Source of the DNA: Sphingobium sp.
GTDB lineage: Bacteria > Pseudomonadota > Alphaproteobacteria > Sphingomonadales > Sphingomonadaceae
Direction: 5' to 3'
Assembly: GCA_033795485.1 (NCBI GenBank)
Contig: JARYGO010000008.1
Coordinates: forward strand, 34,994 to 98,993
DNA length: 64,000 bases
Shown one piece after another: positions 19,878 through 30,344 of the stretch. The notes beneath the pieces are model-generated. The model made no database searches. It was not told the DNA's origin and saw nothing but the letters and a program-made list of their open reading frames with translations. How positions within the stretch are numbered: the stretch's first letter is position 1; every line of letters begins with the position of its first letter. A program made the translations under genes and the position numbers.

Positions 19878-20896
19878 GCTTTTTCATGCGTCCGGCGCGA
19901 CCGGACGATCTTCAGACGCTGTATGAAATGGCGAAGCTGACCGGGGGCGGCTTCACCAACCTGCCGCCAGACCGCGCCGCGCTGGAAGCCAAGCTTGAAC
20001 GGACGGCGCGGGCGCTCGCGCGCGGCGGCGACGGGGTGGAGGACGACCTGATCGTCATGGTGCTCGAAAACAGCCGCACCGGGCAGGTTAGAGGCACCTG
20101 CCAGATATTCGGCATGGTGGGGCAGAGTTCGCCCTTCTATTCCTACCGCCTGGGCGTGATGACCCAGCATAGCAGGGAGTTGGGCCGCACCTTTCGAGCG
20201 CAGATGCTCTCGCTCGTCACCGATCTGGAAGGATCGACCGAGGTTGGCGGCCTGTTCCTGCATCCGCGCGAACGGGCGGAGGGGCTGGGCCTGCTGCTCG
20301 CGCGCAGCCGCTACCTCTATATCCGGAGCCATCGCGCGCGCTTTGGCGACCGGATCATCGCCGAGTTGCGCGGAGTGATCGACGAAGCGGGAGGGTCGCC
20401 CTTCTGGGACGGTCTGGCGGGCCGCTTCTTCGGCATGAGCTTTCAGGAGGCCGATGAGTTCAACGCGGTGAACGGCAACCAGTTTATCGCCGACCTGATG
20501 CCCAAGACGCCGATCTACACGGCGATGTTGACCGACAGCGCCCGCGCTGTCATCGGCCTGCCCCACCCCAACGGCCGCGCGGCGATGCGGATGCTGGAAA
20601 CCGAAGGCTTCGCTAATCCCGGGTATGTCGATATTTTCGATGGCGGACCGACGCTGGTGGGGCAGATCGACAGCCTGAAGACCATCGCCCAGGCGCGGGA
20701 GGTGACGCTGGCGCGGATCGGCGATGGGACGGGCGGGCAGCGCATGCTGGTCGCGTCGGGGCGGCTGGCCGAATATCGCTGCGCCTACGGGCTTGTGCGC
20801 GAGGATGAGGGGGGGGTGGTGACGCTCGACGGCGAAGGCGCGGCGCTGATCGGGGTAGAGCCAGGGCAAGATTTCACGATTGCGGGGCGCGCATGA
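19874..20896 (+). CDS. astA: Arginine N-succinyltransferase
   Basis: GFTNLP, AELRG, SPFWDGLAGRFF and VDIFDGGPT motifs. Confidence 0.93.
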   Translation: MSFFMRPARPDDLQTLYEMAKLTGGGFTNLPPDRAALEAKLERTARALARGGDGVEDDLIVMVLENSRTGQVRGTCQIFGMVGQSSPFYSYRLGVMTQHSRELGRTFRAQMLSLVTDLEGSTEVGGLFLHPRERAEGLGLLLARSRYLYIRSHRARFGDRIIAELRGVIDEAGGSPFWDGLAGRFFGMSFQEADEFNAVNGNQFIADLMPKTPIYTAMLTDSARAVIGLPHPNGRAAMRMLETEGFANPGYVDIFDGGPTLVGQIDSLKTIAQAREVTLARIGDGTGGQRMLVASGRLAEYRCAYGLVREDEGGVVTLDGEGAALIGVEPGQDFTIAGRA

Positions 20897-22152
20897 CCGT
20901 CAGGGAAATCAACTTTGACGGTATTGTCGGCCCCAGTCACAATTATGCGGGGCTTAGTCCCGGTAATCTCGCTTCGGCCGGCAATGCGGGCGCGGCATCT
21001 CGTCCACGCGCGGCCGCGCTGGAGGGCATCGAAAAGATGCGCGCGAACCTGCGCCTCGGCCTTGCCCAAGGCATTTTCGTGCCGCAATGGCGGCCCAACG
21101 CCCGCTGGCTGAAGGCGCTGGGCACCAACCTAGCCGAAGCGGAGCCGCATATCCGCGCCGCGGCCATGTCCGCGTCCGCCATGTGGGCCGCCAACGCCGC
21201 GACCGTATCCCCTGCCAGCGACACCGCCGATGGACTCACCCATCTGACGGTCGCCAATCTGGTGACGATGGCGCATCGCAGCCACGAATGGCCGCAGACG
21301 CTGACTCAGTTGCGCACCGCCTTTTCCGCCCGTGACGCCTTCGTCATCCATGGCCCCATCCCCCCGCCCTTCGGCGATGAGGGGGCGGCGAACCATATGC
21401 GCCTGGCGCCAAGCCATGACGCGCCGGGGGTCGAGATTTTCGTCTACGGCCTGGCCGGGGGCCCCTTCCCGGCCCGTCAGCATGTCGAGGCGAGCCGGGC
21501 CGTGGCCCGCATCCACCGGCTGGACCCACGCGCCACGCTGTTCGTCCAGCAGAGCGAGGAAGCGATCGCCGCTGGCGCGTTCCATAACGATGTGGTCGCG
21601 GTGGCGAACGAGCGGGTCTTGTTCGCGCATGAGCAGGCCTTCGCCGAGAAGCAGCGCTTCTACGATGCGCTCCATGCCGCCCTGCCCTCCGTCGAGGTCA
21701 TTGAGGTGCCCGCGAGCGCGGTCAGCCTGGCCGACGCCATCCGTTCCTATCTGTTCAACGCGCAGCTCGTGACCTTGCCCGATGGCGGCATGGCCCTGAT
21801 CGTGCCGGCCGAGGTCGAGACCGTGCCCGCCGTGCGTCGATGGCTCGACATGCTGGTGAGCGGCAATGGCCCCATCCGGCGGGTCGTCCCGGTGGATATT
21901 CGCCAGTCGATGGCGAACGGTGGCGGCCCCGCCTGCCTGCGGTTGCGGGTCGTCGCCGATCCGGCCGACATCGACCCGCGCTTCATGGTCGATGAAACGC
22001 GGCTGGACGCCATTGCGGCGATCATATCGCGCACCTGGCCCGAACAGATCGCGCCGGACGACCTGGGCGACACGCGCCTGATCGCGTCCATCGAACAATC
22101 ATGGTTAACCCTTGTTGACCATTTGGGGCTGGCGAGCGATCTCTTGCCATGA
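20893..22152 (+). CDS. astB: N-succinylarginine dihydrolase
   Basis: EINFDG, MWAANAATVSP, DEGAANH, FHNDV and SMANGGGPACLRLRV motifs. Confidence 0.96.
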   Translation: MTVREINFDGIVGPSHNYAGLSPGNLASAGNAGAASRPRAAALEGIEKMRANLRLGLAQGIFVPQWRPNARWLKALGTNLAEAEPHIRAAAMSASAMWAANAATVSPASDTADGLTHLTVANLVTMAHRSHEWPQTLTQLRTAFSARDAFVIHGPIPPPFGDEGAANHMRLAPSHDAPGVEIFVYGLAGGPFPARQHVEASRAVARIHRLDPRATLFVQQSEEAIAAGAFHNDVVAVANERVLFAHEQAFAEKQRFYDALHAALPSVEVIEVPASAVSLADAIRSYLFNAQLVTLPDGGMALIVPAEVETVPAVRRWLDMLVSGNGPIRRVVPVDIRQSMANGGGPACLRLRVVADPADIDPRFMVDETRLDAIAAIISRTWPEQIAPDDLGDTRLIASIEQSWLTLVDHLGLASDLLP

Positions 22153-22183
22153 CGTCGGGGGGCCGACGATTGGCAGGACGACG

Positions 22184-22405
22184 ATGGCCCGGATCAAGCG
22201 CCTCTTCACGATCAAGACCAAGTTCGAGGCATTTCTGGTCATCTATGCGCTGGCGCTGGGCGCGGCAGAGCGGGGCGTCGCCTATATGCAGCATTATCCC
22301 GGCGTCGGCGGGCAGTTGCTGGCGCTCTGCTGCACGGGTGCGGTATTCATGGCTGGCGGCATGATAATCGACACGGTCGAACTGCGCCGCGCACAGGCGT
22401 TCTGA
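22184..22405 (+). CDS. Small hypothetical membrane protein (73 aa)
   Basis: AGGA SD upstream, two hydrophobic segments, host-like codon usage. Confidence 0.7.
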   Translation: MARIKRLFTIKTKFEAFLVIYALALGAAERGVAYMQHYPGVGGQLLALCCTGAVFMAGGMIIDTVELRRAQAF

Positions 22406-22565
22406 GAGGCATTTCGCGAGAGTTCTGAGTCAGCAATCTCACGGGAGCGTGATCGACATCAAAGCCTGCTCGTCACCATGACCAGCCCGCAAGTCGGCGG
22501 ATCCTATCCACCGACAGACAGTAAAACGCCGCCTGTTCCCTTATGGGAAAGGCGGCGAAAAACTC

Positions 22566-22642
22566 TGGTGCGCCCGGAACGATTCGAACGTCCGACCCTC
22601 AGATTCGTAGTCTGATGCTCTATCCAGCTGAGCTACGGGCGC
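22566..22642 (-). tRNA. tRNA-Arg(ACG)
   Basis: 77-nt cloverleaf GCGCCCG...CACCA with anticodon loop CT-ACG-AA. Confidence 0.97.
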
Positions 22643-22804
22643 GTTGGAGAGGCGCAGATAGAAGGGGGCGGGAGGTCTGGCAACCCCCTTTTTATTCTTT
22701 TTGCCTTTCGGCCGAGCGGGCGCCCTGAAGCGCAGAGATTACTGGCTTCCGGGTCGGGCGCAACCTTTCCTCCGCTCCGGTCGTTTCGGTCGTGGAAAGG
22801 ATGC

Positions 22805-23311
22805 ATGGCCATGACCTTCACTCCAAACGAGATTGTCCTTTTGGGCATTATGTTTCTGATCGGGCTGATCCTGGGCCTGATGATCAGCGGGCGCGGCAAA
22901 TATAAGCGGCTGTGGCGCGATGAGCTGGCCAGCCACAGGCTGACAGCCAAGGATCGCGATACCCGAATCGCGGCGGCCAATGCGCGGATCGCCGAACTGG
23001 AGACGCATCGCGGCCCCACCGATCCCGGCACCGCGACTGCCGTGGCCGGCGCCGGGCACGGCCGTGACGACCTGACGCTGATCCGCACGATCTCCGCGCA
23101 GGACGAAATCGCACTCAACGAAGCCGGCTATCATCGCTACAGCCAGATCGCGGCGATGAACGCCGAACAGCAGGCGACGATAGAGGCACGGCTGGGGCGC
23201 ATGCCGGGGCTGATCGCACGCGACGAATGGCCCGCGCAGGCGCAACTGCTTGCGGCCGGCAAGCGCGACGAACATCTGAAACTCTATGAACGCCGCAAGA
23301 CGCCGGTTTGA
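22805..23311 (+). CDS. Membrane-anchored protein with coiled coil and degenerate helix-hairpin-helix (COG3743-like) domain
   Basis: N-terminal TM helix; DDLTLIRTIS...YSQIAAM...IARDEWPAQA resembles the DDLxxIxGIG...QIA...W pattern. Confidence 0.65.
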   Translation: MAMTFTPNEIVLLGIMFLIGLILGLMISGRGKYKRLWRDELASHRLTAKDRDTRIAAANARIAELETHRGPTDPGTATAVAGAGHGRDDLTLIRTISAQDEIALNEAGYHRYSQIAAMNAEQQATIEARLGRMPGLIARDEWPAQAQLLAAGKRDEHLKLYERRKTPV

Positions 23312-23372
23312 CCGCTCCTTAGGCGAAAGGCCCTGCCATTCCTAAGCCGGGCCTTTCTTTAAAGGATCAGCC

Positions 23373-26051
23373 TCACCCGCGCGCGGCGAGCGCCGCCTGG
23401 GCCGCCGCCAGCCGGGCGATCGGCACGCGATAGGGCGAGGCGGAGACATAATCGAGCCCGGTCTTTTCGCAGAAGGCGATCGACGCCGGATCGCCGCCAT
23501 GCTCGCCGCAAATGCCGAGCTTAATGCCCGACCGGGTCGCGCGGCCGCGTTCGGCCGCGATCTCTATCAGCTCGCCCACGCCCTCGATATCGATGCTGAC
23601 GAAGGGATCGCGCGCGAAAATGCCCTTGTCGACATATTGAGTAAGGAAGCGTCCGGCGTCATCGCGGCTGATGCCGATCGTGGTTTGCGTCAGATCATTG
23701 GTGCCGAAGGAGAAGAACTCGCCGACCTCGGCAATCTCCCCAGCCTTCAGCGCCGCGCGCGGCAATTCTATCATGGTGCCAACCAGATAGTCGACGCTCT
23801 TGCCATATTCCGCGAACACTTTCTGGGCTTGGGAGTCGACGACCGCCTTCATCAGCTCCAGTTCCTTACGCGTGGCGACCAGCGGGATCATCACTTCGGG
23901 GATCGGCGCCTCGCCAGTCCGCTCCTTGACGATCAGCGCGGCCTCGAAAATCGCGCGGGCCTGCATCTCGTAGATTTCGGGATAGGTCACGCCCAAGCGG
24001 CAGCCGCGATGGCCCAGCATCGGGTTGAACTCGTGCAGTTCGGCCGCGCGCCGCTTCAACAGTTCGACGCCGACATTCGCAGCCTTTGCCACTTCCTCGA
24101 ACTCCGCCTCCTGATGCGGCAGGAACTCGTGCAGCGGGGGATCGAGCAAGCGGATGGTGACCGGCAGGCCCGCCATCACCATGAAGATCTGCGCGAAATC
24201 GTCGCGCTGTTCGGGCAGAAGCTTCTCCAGCGCCTCCCGCCGGCCCTTTTCCGTGTCGGCGAGGATCATCTGGCGCACGGCGGTGATGCGAGCGGCGTCG
24301 AAGAACATATGTTCGGTGCGGCACAGGCCAACGCCCTCCGCCCCGAAGTCGCGCGCGACTTGGCAATCCTGTGGCGTTTCGGCATTGGCGCGCACTTTGA
24401 GGCGGCGCACCTTGTCGGCCCAGCCCATCAGCACGCCGAAATCGCCGGCCAGTTCAGGCTGCACGGTCGGAACCTCGCCCGCCATCACCTCGCCGGTCGA
24501 CCCGTCAATGGTCAATATGTCGCCCTCGCCCAGCTCGCGGCCTCCGACGCGCAGCAGCTTCGCCTTATTGTCGATCGACAGCCCCCCCGCGCCCGAGACG
24601 CAGGGACGGCCCATGCCGCGCGCGACGACGGCGGCGTGGCTGGTCATGCCGCCACGGGCGGTCAGGATGCCCTTGGCCGCGTGCATGCCGTGGATGTCCT
24701 CGGGCGATGTCTCGACCCGCACCAGGATGACCGAATCGCCCATTTCGCTGCGGCGCTCTGCGGTGTCGGCATCAAAGACGATCAGGCCGCTGGCCGCGCC
24801 GGGAGAAGCGGGCAATCCCTTGGTCAGCACATCGCGCGGCGCCTTTGGGTCGAGCGTGGGATGGAGTAGCTGGTCGAGCGCGGCGGGATCGACGCGGGCG
24901 ACGGCCTCTTCCTCCGAAATCAGCCCTTCGCTCGCCATGTCGACCGCCATCTTCAGCGCGGCCTTAGCGGTGCGCTTGCCCGATCGGGTCTGGAGCATCC
25001 ACAGCTTGCCCTGCTGGACCGTGAACTCAATGTCCTGCATGTCGCGATAATGGGTTTCGAGGATCTGGAACACCTTTGCCAATTCGGCATAGGTTTCCGG
25101 CATCGCCTCTTCCATGCTGAGCGGCTTGGCCCCCGCCCGCTCGCGCGCCGCCTTGGTCAGATATTGCGGGGTGCGGATGCCGGCGACGACGTCCTCGCCC
25201 TGCGCGTTGATCAGATATTCGCCATAATAAGCGTTCTCGCCAGTCGAAGGATCGCGCGTGAACGCCACCCCGGTCGCGGAGGTTTCGCCCATATTGCCGA
25301 ACACCATCGCCTGGACGTTGACGGCCGTGCCCCATTCGCCGGGGATGTTGTTGAGGCGGCGATAGACCTTCGCGCGCTCCGACTGCCACGATCCGAACAC
25401 GGCGCTGATCGCGCCCCAGAGCTGGTCATGGACATCCTGCGGGAAGGGCTTGTGCCACAGCTTCTGCACCAGCGCCTTATATTCGGCGACCAGCCCCTTC
25501 CAGTCGTCGGCGCTCATTTCGGTGTCGAGCGTATAGCCCTGATCTTCCTTCGCGATTTCAAGCGCTTCTTCAAAGGCGCCATGATCGAGTTCGAGCACCA
25601 CGTCAGAATACATCTGGATGAAGCGGCGATAGCTGTCCCAGGCGAAACGCTCGTCGCCCGAGGCCGAAGCCAGGCCAAGCACCGTCTCGTCATTGAGGCC
25701 GAGGTTGAGGACCGTGTCCATCATCCCCGGCATCGACGCCCGCGCGCCCGAGCGCACCGAGACCAGCAGCGGGTCGGCGGGATCGCCGAAGCGCTTGCCG
25801 GTGATGCCTTCGATATGAGCGATGCCGTTGGCGACTTCCGCGTTCAGGCTGTCGGGATATTTGCCGCCATCCTCATAATAGCGCGTGCACATTTCCGTCG
25901 TGATGGTGAAGCCCGGCGGGACCGGCAGGCCGATCGCCGCCATGCCGTCGAGGTTGGCGCCCTTGCCGCCCAGAAGATTGCGGTCGCCCTTGCCGCCGTC
26001 ATCCACCCCGCCGCCGAAACGATAGACATAACGGGTCGCGGTTGTGGTCAT
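23373..26051 (-). CDS. ppdK: Pyruvate, phosphate dikinase
   Basis: LLGGKGANL, GGMTSHAAVVARG, GLCRTEHMF and GICGEHGG motifs. Confidence 0.98.
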   Translation of the reverse strand: MTTTATRYVYRFGGGVDDGGKGDRNLLGGKGANLDGMAAIGLPVPPGFTITTEMCTRYYEDGGKYPDSLNAEVANGIAHIEGITGKRFGDPADPLLVSVRSGARASMPGMMDTVLNLGLNDETVLGLASASGDERFAWDSYRRFIQMYSDVVLELDHGAFEEALEIAKEDQGYTLDTEMSADDWKGLVAEYKALVQKLWHKPFPQDVHDQLWGAISAVFGSWQSERAKVYRRLNNIPGEWGTAVNVQAMVFGNMGETSATGVAFTRDPSTGENAYYGEYLINAQGEDVVAGIRTPQYLTKAARERAGAKPLSMEEAMPETYAELAKVFQILETHYRDMQDIEFTVQQGKLWMLQTRSGKRTAKAALKMAVDMASEGLISEEEAVARVDPAALDQLLHPTLDPKAPRDVLTKGLPASPGAASGLIVFDADTAERRSEMGDSVILVRVETSPEDIHGMHAAKGILTARGGMTSHAAVVARGMGRPCVSGAGGLSIDNKAKLLRVGGRELGEGDILTIDGSTGEVMAGEVPTVQPELAGDFGVLMGWADKVRRLKVRANAETPQDCQVARDFGAEGVGLCRTEHMFFDAARITAVRQMILADTEKGRREALEKLLPEQRDDFAQIFMVMAGLPVTIRLLDPPLHEFLPHQEAEFEEVAKAANVGVELLKRRAAELHEFNPMLGHRGCRLGVTYPEIYEMQARAIFEAALIVKERTGEAPIPEVMIPLVATRKELELMKAVVDSQAQKVFAEYGKSVDYLVGTMIELPRAALKAGEIAEVGEFFSFGTNDLTQTTIGISRDDAGRFLTQYVDKGIFARDPFVSIDIEGVGELIEIAAERGRATRSGIKLGICGEHGGDPASIAFCEKTGLDYVSASPYRVPIARLAAAQAALAARG

Positions 26052-26220
26052 ACTGGCCTCTTCCATAGTCATCATCGTCGGCTTCCCTGCACTGAATGCC
26101 CCTACGCACATTGTGCGCTGCAACAATCATAGCAAGGTTGAGGCGATTAGTGCACCCGCGTTTACGATAAAAATCCGGCGATCTGGCAGAAATTATGACA
26201 ATAGATGAGCGATTGCTGCG

Positions 26221-28377
26221 TCATCCCGCAATTTTCGAAAAGTCCGCGACGCCATGCACGGCTTCGCGGACCCGGCCAAGCAGCGCCAGACGAGCGGCAC
26301 GCTTGGCAGGATCGGCGTCGTTAACCGTCACGGAGTCGAAAAAGGCGTCGATCGGCGCGCGCAGGCTGGCAAGCGCGGCCATGGCGTCCTCGAACCGCTC
26401 CTCGCCGATGGCGGTGGCGGCGCGCGGTTCGGCAGCGTCGAGCGCGGCGATAAGCGCAGCCTCGGCGGGTTCGGGCGTATATCCGTCGGCCGAGGTGGCG
26501 GCATCGAGTTGAGCTGGCGCTTCCTTCTTCAGGATGTTCGCCGCCCGTTTATAGCCCGCCAGCAGATTCGCGCCATCGTCAGTGGCGATGAAAGACTGGA
26601 GCGCCTTCACGCGCGCAAGCAGGCGGACGAGATCACGCTCTCCACCAATATCATCATCGCCACTCATCAGCACTACCGCATCAATGAGATCATACCTTAC
26701 GCCGGAGTCCCGCTGCTGGACTTGAAGGCGATCAATGATGAAGTCATGAAAATAGTCGGCGGCAACGATTGACTCTATATCATGACTTTGCTCTGAGCAT
26801 TTCACAGCACTGTTGAACAAGGTGTATACGGAACAGCGCAGACTATTCTTCAAAATTAGGGCAATTAGGCCAAGTGCAGCGCGGCGAAGCGCAAAGGGAT
26901 CTTTCGAGCCCGTGGGCCTTTCATCAATCAAGAAGAAACCGACCAAAGTATCCAGCTTATCCGCCAGCGCCACCGCCACCGTCACCGGAGCGGTAGGCAC
27001 CTCGTCGCCCTGCCCGACCGGCTTATAGTGGTCGCGGATGGCGTCGGCGACGGCGTCGGGCAATCCCTCGGCGCGGGCATAATAGCCGCCCATAACGCCT
27101 TGCAGTTCCGGGAACTCGCCGACCATCTCGGTGACCAGGTCGGCTTTGGCCAACTTCGCCGCATCATAGGCAAGTTGCGCCAATTCATCCCTCGTCATGC
27201 CAGCGCTGCCGACTGAGATCCCAGCCTTCGCTGGGGTGACGGTTGGATGAGGGGTGACGATCTCCTCCTCCACCAACCAGCGGGCGAGCTTTGCGACACG
27301 CTCGGTCTTGTCCGCGACCGTGCCCAGCTTTTCGTGGAAAGTGATCCGCTCCAGCTTCCTCGCGTGGTCGGCCAGCGTCGTCCTGCGGTCCTGCTCCCAA
27401 AAGAAGCGCGCGTCGCTCAACCGCGCGGCCAGCACCTTTCGGTTACCCGCGACGATCGCCGTGCCGCCGTCCTTCGCGTCGATATTGGCGGTGCAGATGA
27501 AGGCGGGAGCGAGCTTGCCGGCCGCGTCGCGCAACACGAAATATTTCTGGTTGATGCGCAGGGTCAGCTGGATGACCTCTGGCGGCACTTCCAGGAAGGC
27601 CGGATCGAAATCGCCCAGCAGCGGCACCGGCCATTCGGTCAGGCCCGCATTCTCCGCCACCAGCCCCTTGTCCTCGATAACGCTATAGCCTTTCGCCGCA
27701 GCGGCCTCGGCCGCCTTTTCCGCGATGATCGTCTGCCGTTCGTCATGGGACACGATGACATGACAGGCACGCAGCTTTTCGACATAGTCATGCGCGCCGC
27801 CGATGGTGATCTCGCCCGGATGGTGGAAACGGTGGCCGACCGTCGCATAGCCGCTGGTCACCCCCTCGACCGCGATGTCGACCAGTTCCTCGCCCAGAAT
27901 CGCGACGATGCCTTGCAGGGGGCGGACCCAGCGCAGGCTTTCGGTGGTCTGCGACGCCGCGCCCCATCGCATCGACTTGGGCCAGGGAAACGCCCTGATG
28001 ATGGCGGGCACGGCCTCGGCCAGCAGATCGCGGGTGGCGCGGCCGGGCTTGGCGACCGTCGCGAACCAGACGCCGTCGCGATCCTCCAACTGGTCCTGGG
28101 TAAGGCCGGTCTTACGCAGGAAACCTTCCAGCGCCTGGGGCGGCGCGGAGGTGCGCGGGCCCTTATGCTCCTCGCTGACGGCGGCGGTTTCCAGCGGCAG
28201 GTCCCGCGCGATCAGGGCGAGGCGGCGGGGCGTCACGAAGCTGTCGACGGCTTCCGGCGCGAGGCCGGCTTTCGCCAGCTCCTCGATGAACAGGCGGACC
28301 AGACCCTCGCTGGCCTTCACCTGCATGCGCGCCGGGATTTCCTCGCAGCGCAACTCCAGAAGGAAATCGGTGATCAT
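26221..28377 (-). CDS. glyS: Glycine-tRNA ligase beta subunit
   Basis: [31 protein letters not shown] and [14 protein letters not shown] motifs. Confidence 0.97.
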   Translation of the reverse strand: MITDFLLELRCEEIPARMQVKASEGLVRLFIEELAKAGLAPEAVDSFVTPRRLALIARDLPLETAAVSEEHKGPRTSAPPQALEGFLRKTGLTQDQLEDRDGVWFATVAKPGRATRDLLAEAVPAIIRAFPWPKSMRWGAASQTTESLRWVRPLQGIVAILGEELVDIAVEGVTSGYATVGHRFHHPGEITIGGAHDYVEKLRACHVIVSHDERQTIIAEKAAEAAAAKGYSVIEDKGLVAENAGLTEWPVPLLGDFDPAFLEVPPEVIQLTLRINQKYFVLRDAAGKLAPAFICTANIDAKDGGTAIVAGNRKVLAARLSDARFFWEQDRRTTLADHARKLERITFHEKLGTVADKTERVAKLARWLVEEEIVTPHPTVTPAKAGISVGSAGMTRDELAQLAYDAAKLAKADLVTEMVGEFPELQGVMGGYYARAEGLPDAVADAIRDHYKPVGQGDEVPTAPVTVAVALADKLDTLVGFFLIDERPTGSKDPFALRRAALGLIALILKNSLRCSVYTLFNSAVKCSEQSHDIESIVAADYFHDFIIDRLQVQQRDSGVRYDLIDAVVLMSGDDDIGGERDLVRLLARVKALQSFIATDDGANLLAGYKRAANILKKEAPAQLDAATSADGYTPEPAEAALIAALDAAEPRAATAIGEERFEDAMAALASLRAPIDAFFDSVTVNDADPAKRAARLALLGRVREAVHGVADFSKIAG
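27193..27242. repeat. Family-A palindromic element inserted in frame in glyS
   Basis: Minus strand reads CCGTCACCCCAGCGAAGGCTGGGATCTC...GCTGGCATGACG and is translated as [16 protein letters not shown]. Confidence 0.78.
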
Positions 28378-29273
28378 GCCGTCCACCCCGGATATGCCGC
28401 GCTCCACGCCTCCGCATTGCCGGCGATCCACGCCTCGCATGATCCCTTCGCCAGATCGCGCACCCGGCCCATATAGCTGGCGCGTTCCTGCACGGAGATC
28501 ACGCCCCGGGCCTGGAGCAGGTTGAAGACATGGCTGGCCTTGATCGCCTGGTCATAGGCGGCGAGCGGAACGGCGGCCTCGATCGATGCGCAGCATTCGG
28601 CCTCGGCGTCCTTGAACCAGCGGAACAGCTTTTCGGTGTCGGCGATCTCGAAGTTCCACTTCGACATCTGCCTTTCATTTTCCAGGAAGACGTCGCCATA
28701 GGTGACGCCCGCGTCGTTGAACTTCAGGTCATAGACGCTGTCGACACCCTGGATATACATGGCCAGGCGCTCGAGCCCATAGGTCAACTCGCCCGCCACC
28801 GGCTTGCAGTCATAGCCGCCCATCTGCTGGAAATAGGTGAACTGGGTGACTTCCATGCCGTCGCACCACACTTCCCAGCCGAGGCCCCAGGCGCCCAGCG
28901 TAGGGCTTTCCCAATCATCCTCGACGAAGCGTATGTCGTGGACCAGCGGGTCGATGCCGATTTCCGCCAGCGATCCCAGATACAGGTCCTGAAGGTTCGC
29001 CGGCGACGGCTTCATGATGACCTGATACTGGTAATAATGCTGCAGGCGATTGGGGTTTTCGCCATAGCGCCCGTCGGTCGGCCGGCGGCTGGGCTGGACA
29101 TAGGCGGCGTTCCACGGCTGCGGCCCCAGGCTGCGCAGCGTGGTCGCGGGATGGAAGGTGCCCGCGCCCACTTCCATGTCATAGGGTTGCAGGATCACGC
29201 AGCCTTGCCGCCCCCAATAGGCATGCAGGGTCAGGATCAGATCCTGAAAGGATAGCGCTTTGCCGTCGGCCAC
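28374..29273 (-). CDS. glyQ: Glycine-tRNA ligase alpha subunit
   Basis: [25 protein letters not shown] and ELTYGLERL motifs; GTG start assumed. Confidence 0.97.
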   Translation of the reverse strand: MADGKALSFQDLILTLHAYWGRQGCVILQPYDMEVGAGTFHPATTLRSLGPQPWNAAYVQPSRRPTDGRYGENPNRLQHYYQYQVIMKPSPANLQDLYLGSLAEIGIDPLVHDIRFVEDDWESPTLGAWGLGWEVWCDGMEVTQFTYFQQMGGYDCKPVAGELTYGLERLAMYIQGVDSVYDLKFNDAGVTYGDVFLENERQMSKWNFEIADTEKLFRWFKDAEAECCASIEAAVPLAAYDQAIKASHVFNLLQARGVISVQERASYMGRVRDLAKGSCEAWIAGNAEAWSAAYPGWTA

Positions 29274-29437
29274 TTTGGTCCCCGAAATGGGTGGATCGCG
29301 AAGCGCCGTGCCTTGGCGCAGGACGGCGGGAGGGTCAAGGGGGAGGCGCCGCCGCCCCGCCCGCGCAAAGCCCTTGCCGGAAAGCGCGCCGCCCCGCATG
29401 AGGGCCGTATCTGACAAAGCGACCGGAGAGTGACGGG

Positions 29438-30340
29438 ATGAAGAGGCCGATGATGCGCTGGCTGGCCGCCGGATTGCTGCTGCTGGGCGGTTGGGCGCAG
29501 GCAGGTTCGGCCGTGGCGAAGGCGCCCGACCCCGCCGGCCCGGCGCTATGGGCGGTGAAGGATGCCGACACGACGATCTACCTGTTCGGCACGGTCCATG
29601 TGCTGAAACCCGGCGTCACCTGGTTCGATGGCGGCGTGAAGCGCGCCTTCGATCGATCCGACGAGCTGGTGCTGGAGATATTGGAGCCGGACAATCCGGC
29701 GGAAATGGCGGCGGCGATGGCCATGAGGGCGAAGGCGGCCGATGGCGTCAAGCTGTCGGACCGCCTGACGCCGGAAGCCCGCGCCAGATATCAGGCGGCG
29801 ATGACGGCGAACGGCCTGCCCTGGGCGGCGTTCGAGGGCTTTTATCCCTGGATGGCGGGCATGATGCTGTCGGTTGCCCCGCTCGAAAGGCTGGGCTATA
29901 GAGCCGACCTGGGCGCGGAGAAGCAGTTGACGGCGGCGGCCAGGACGAGCGGCAAGCCGGTCGGCGCGCTGGAAACGGTGGAGCAGCAGGTCGGCTATTT
30001 CGCGTCGCTGCCGATCAAGCATCAGGTCGCCTTCCTCAACGCCACGGTCGACGGCCTGCCGGACATGGACGCGGAGTTTGCCTCGCTCGTCGGCCATTGG
30101 GCGAAGGGCGAGCCGGAGAAGCTAGCCGACGAGATGAACGAGTCGCTGGAAGCGACGCCGGAGCTGGCGCAAGTCCTGCTGGTCCAGCGCAACGCCCGCT
30201 GGGCCGCCTGGATCAGGGAGCGGCTGGCGCGGCCCGGCACGGTCTTCATCGCCGTGGGCGCGGGCCATCTGGCAGGCAAACAAAGCGTCCAGGCGCAATT
30301 GCGGGGCCTCGGCATAGCCTCGCGGCGAGTGCGCGACTGA
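29438..30340 (+). CDS. TraB/GumN-family protein (1)
   Basis: Signal peptide; PALW...[20 protein letters not shown] and FIAVGAGHL motifs. Confidence 0.88.
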   Translation: MKRPMMRWLAAGLLLLGGWAQAGSAVAKAPDPAGPALWAVKDADTTIYLFGTVHVLKPGVTWFDGGVKRAFDRSDELVLEILEPDNPAEMAAAMAMRAKAADGVKLSDRLTPEARARYQAAMTANGLPWAAFEGFYPWMAGMMLSVAPLERLGYRADLGAEKQLTAAARTSGKPVGALETVEQQVGYFASLPIKHQVAFLNATVDGLPDMDAEFASLVGHWAKGEPEKLADEMNESLEATPELAQVLLVQRNARWAAWIRERLARPGTVFIAVGAGHLAGKQSVQAQLRGLGIASRRVRD

Positions 30341-30344
30341 CCGG

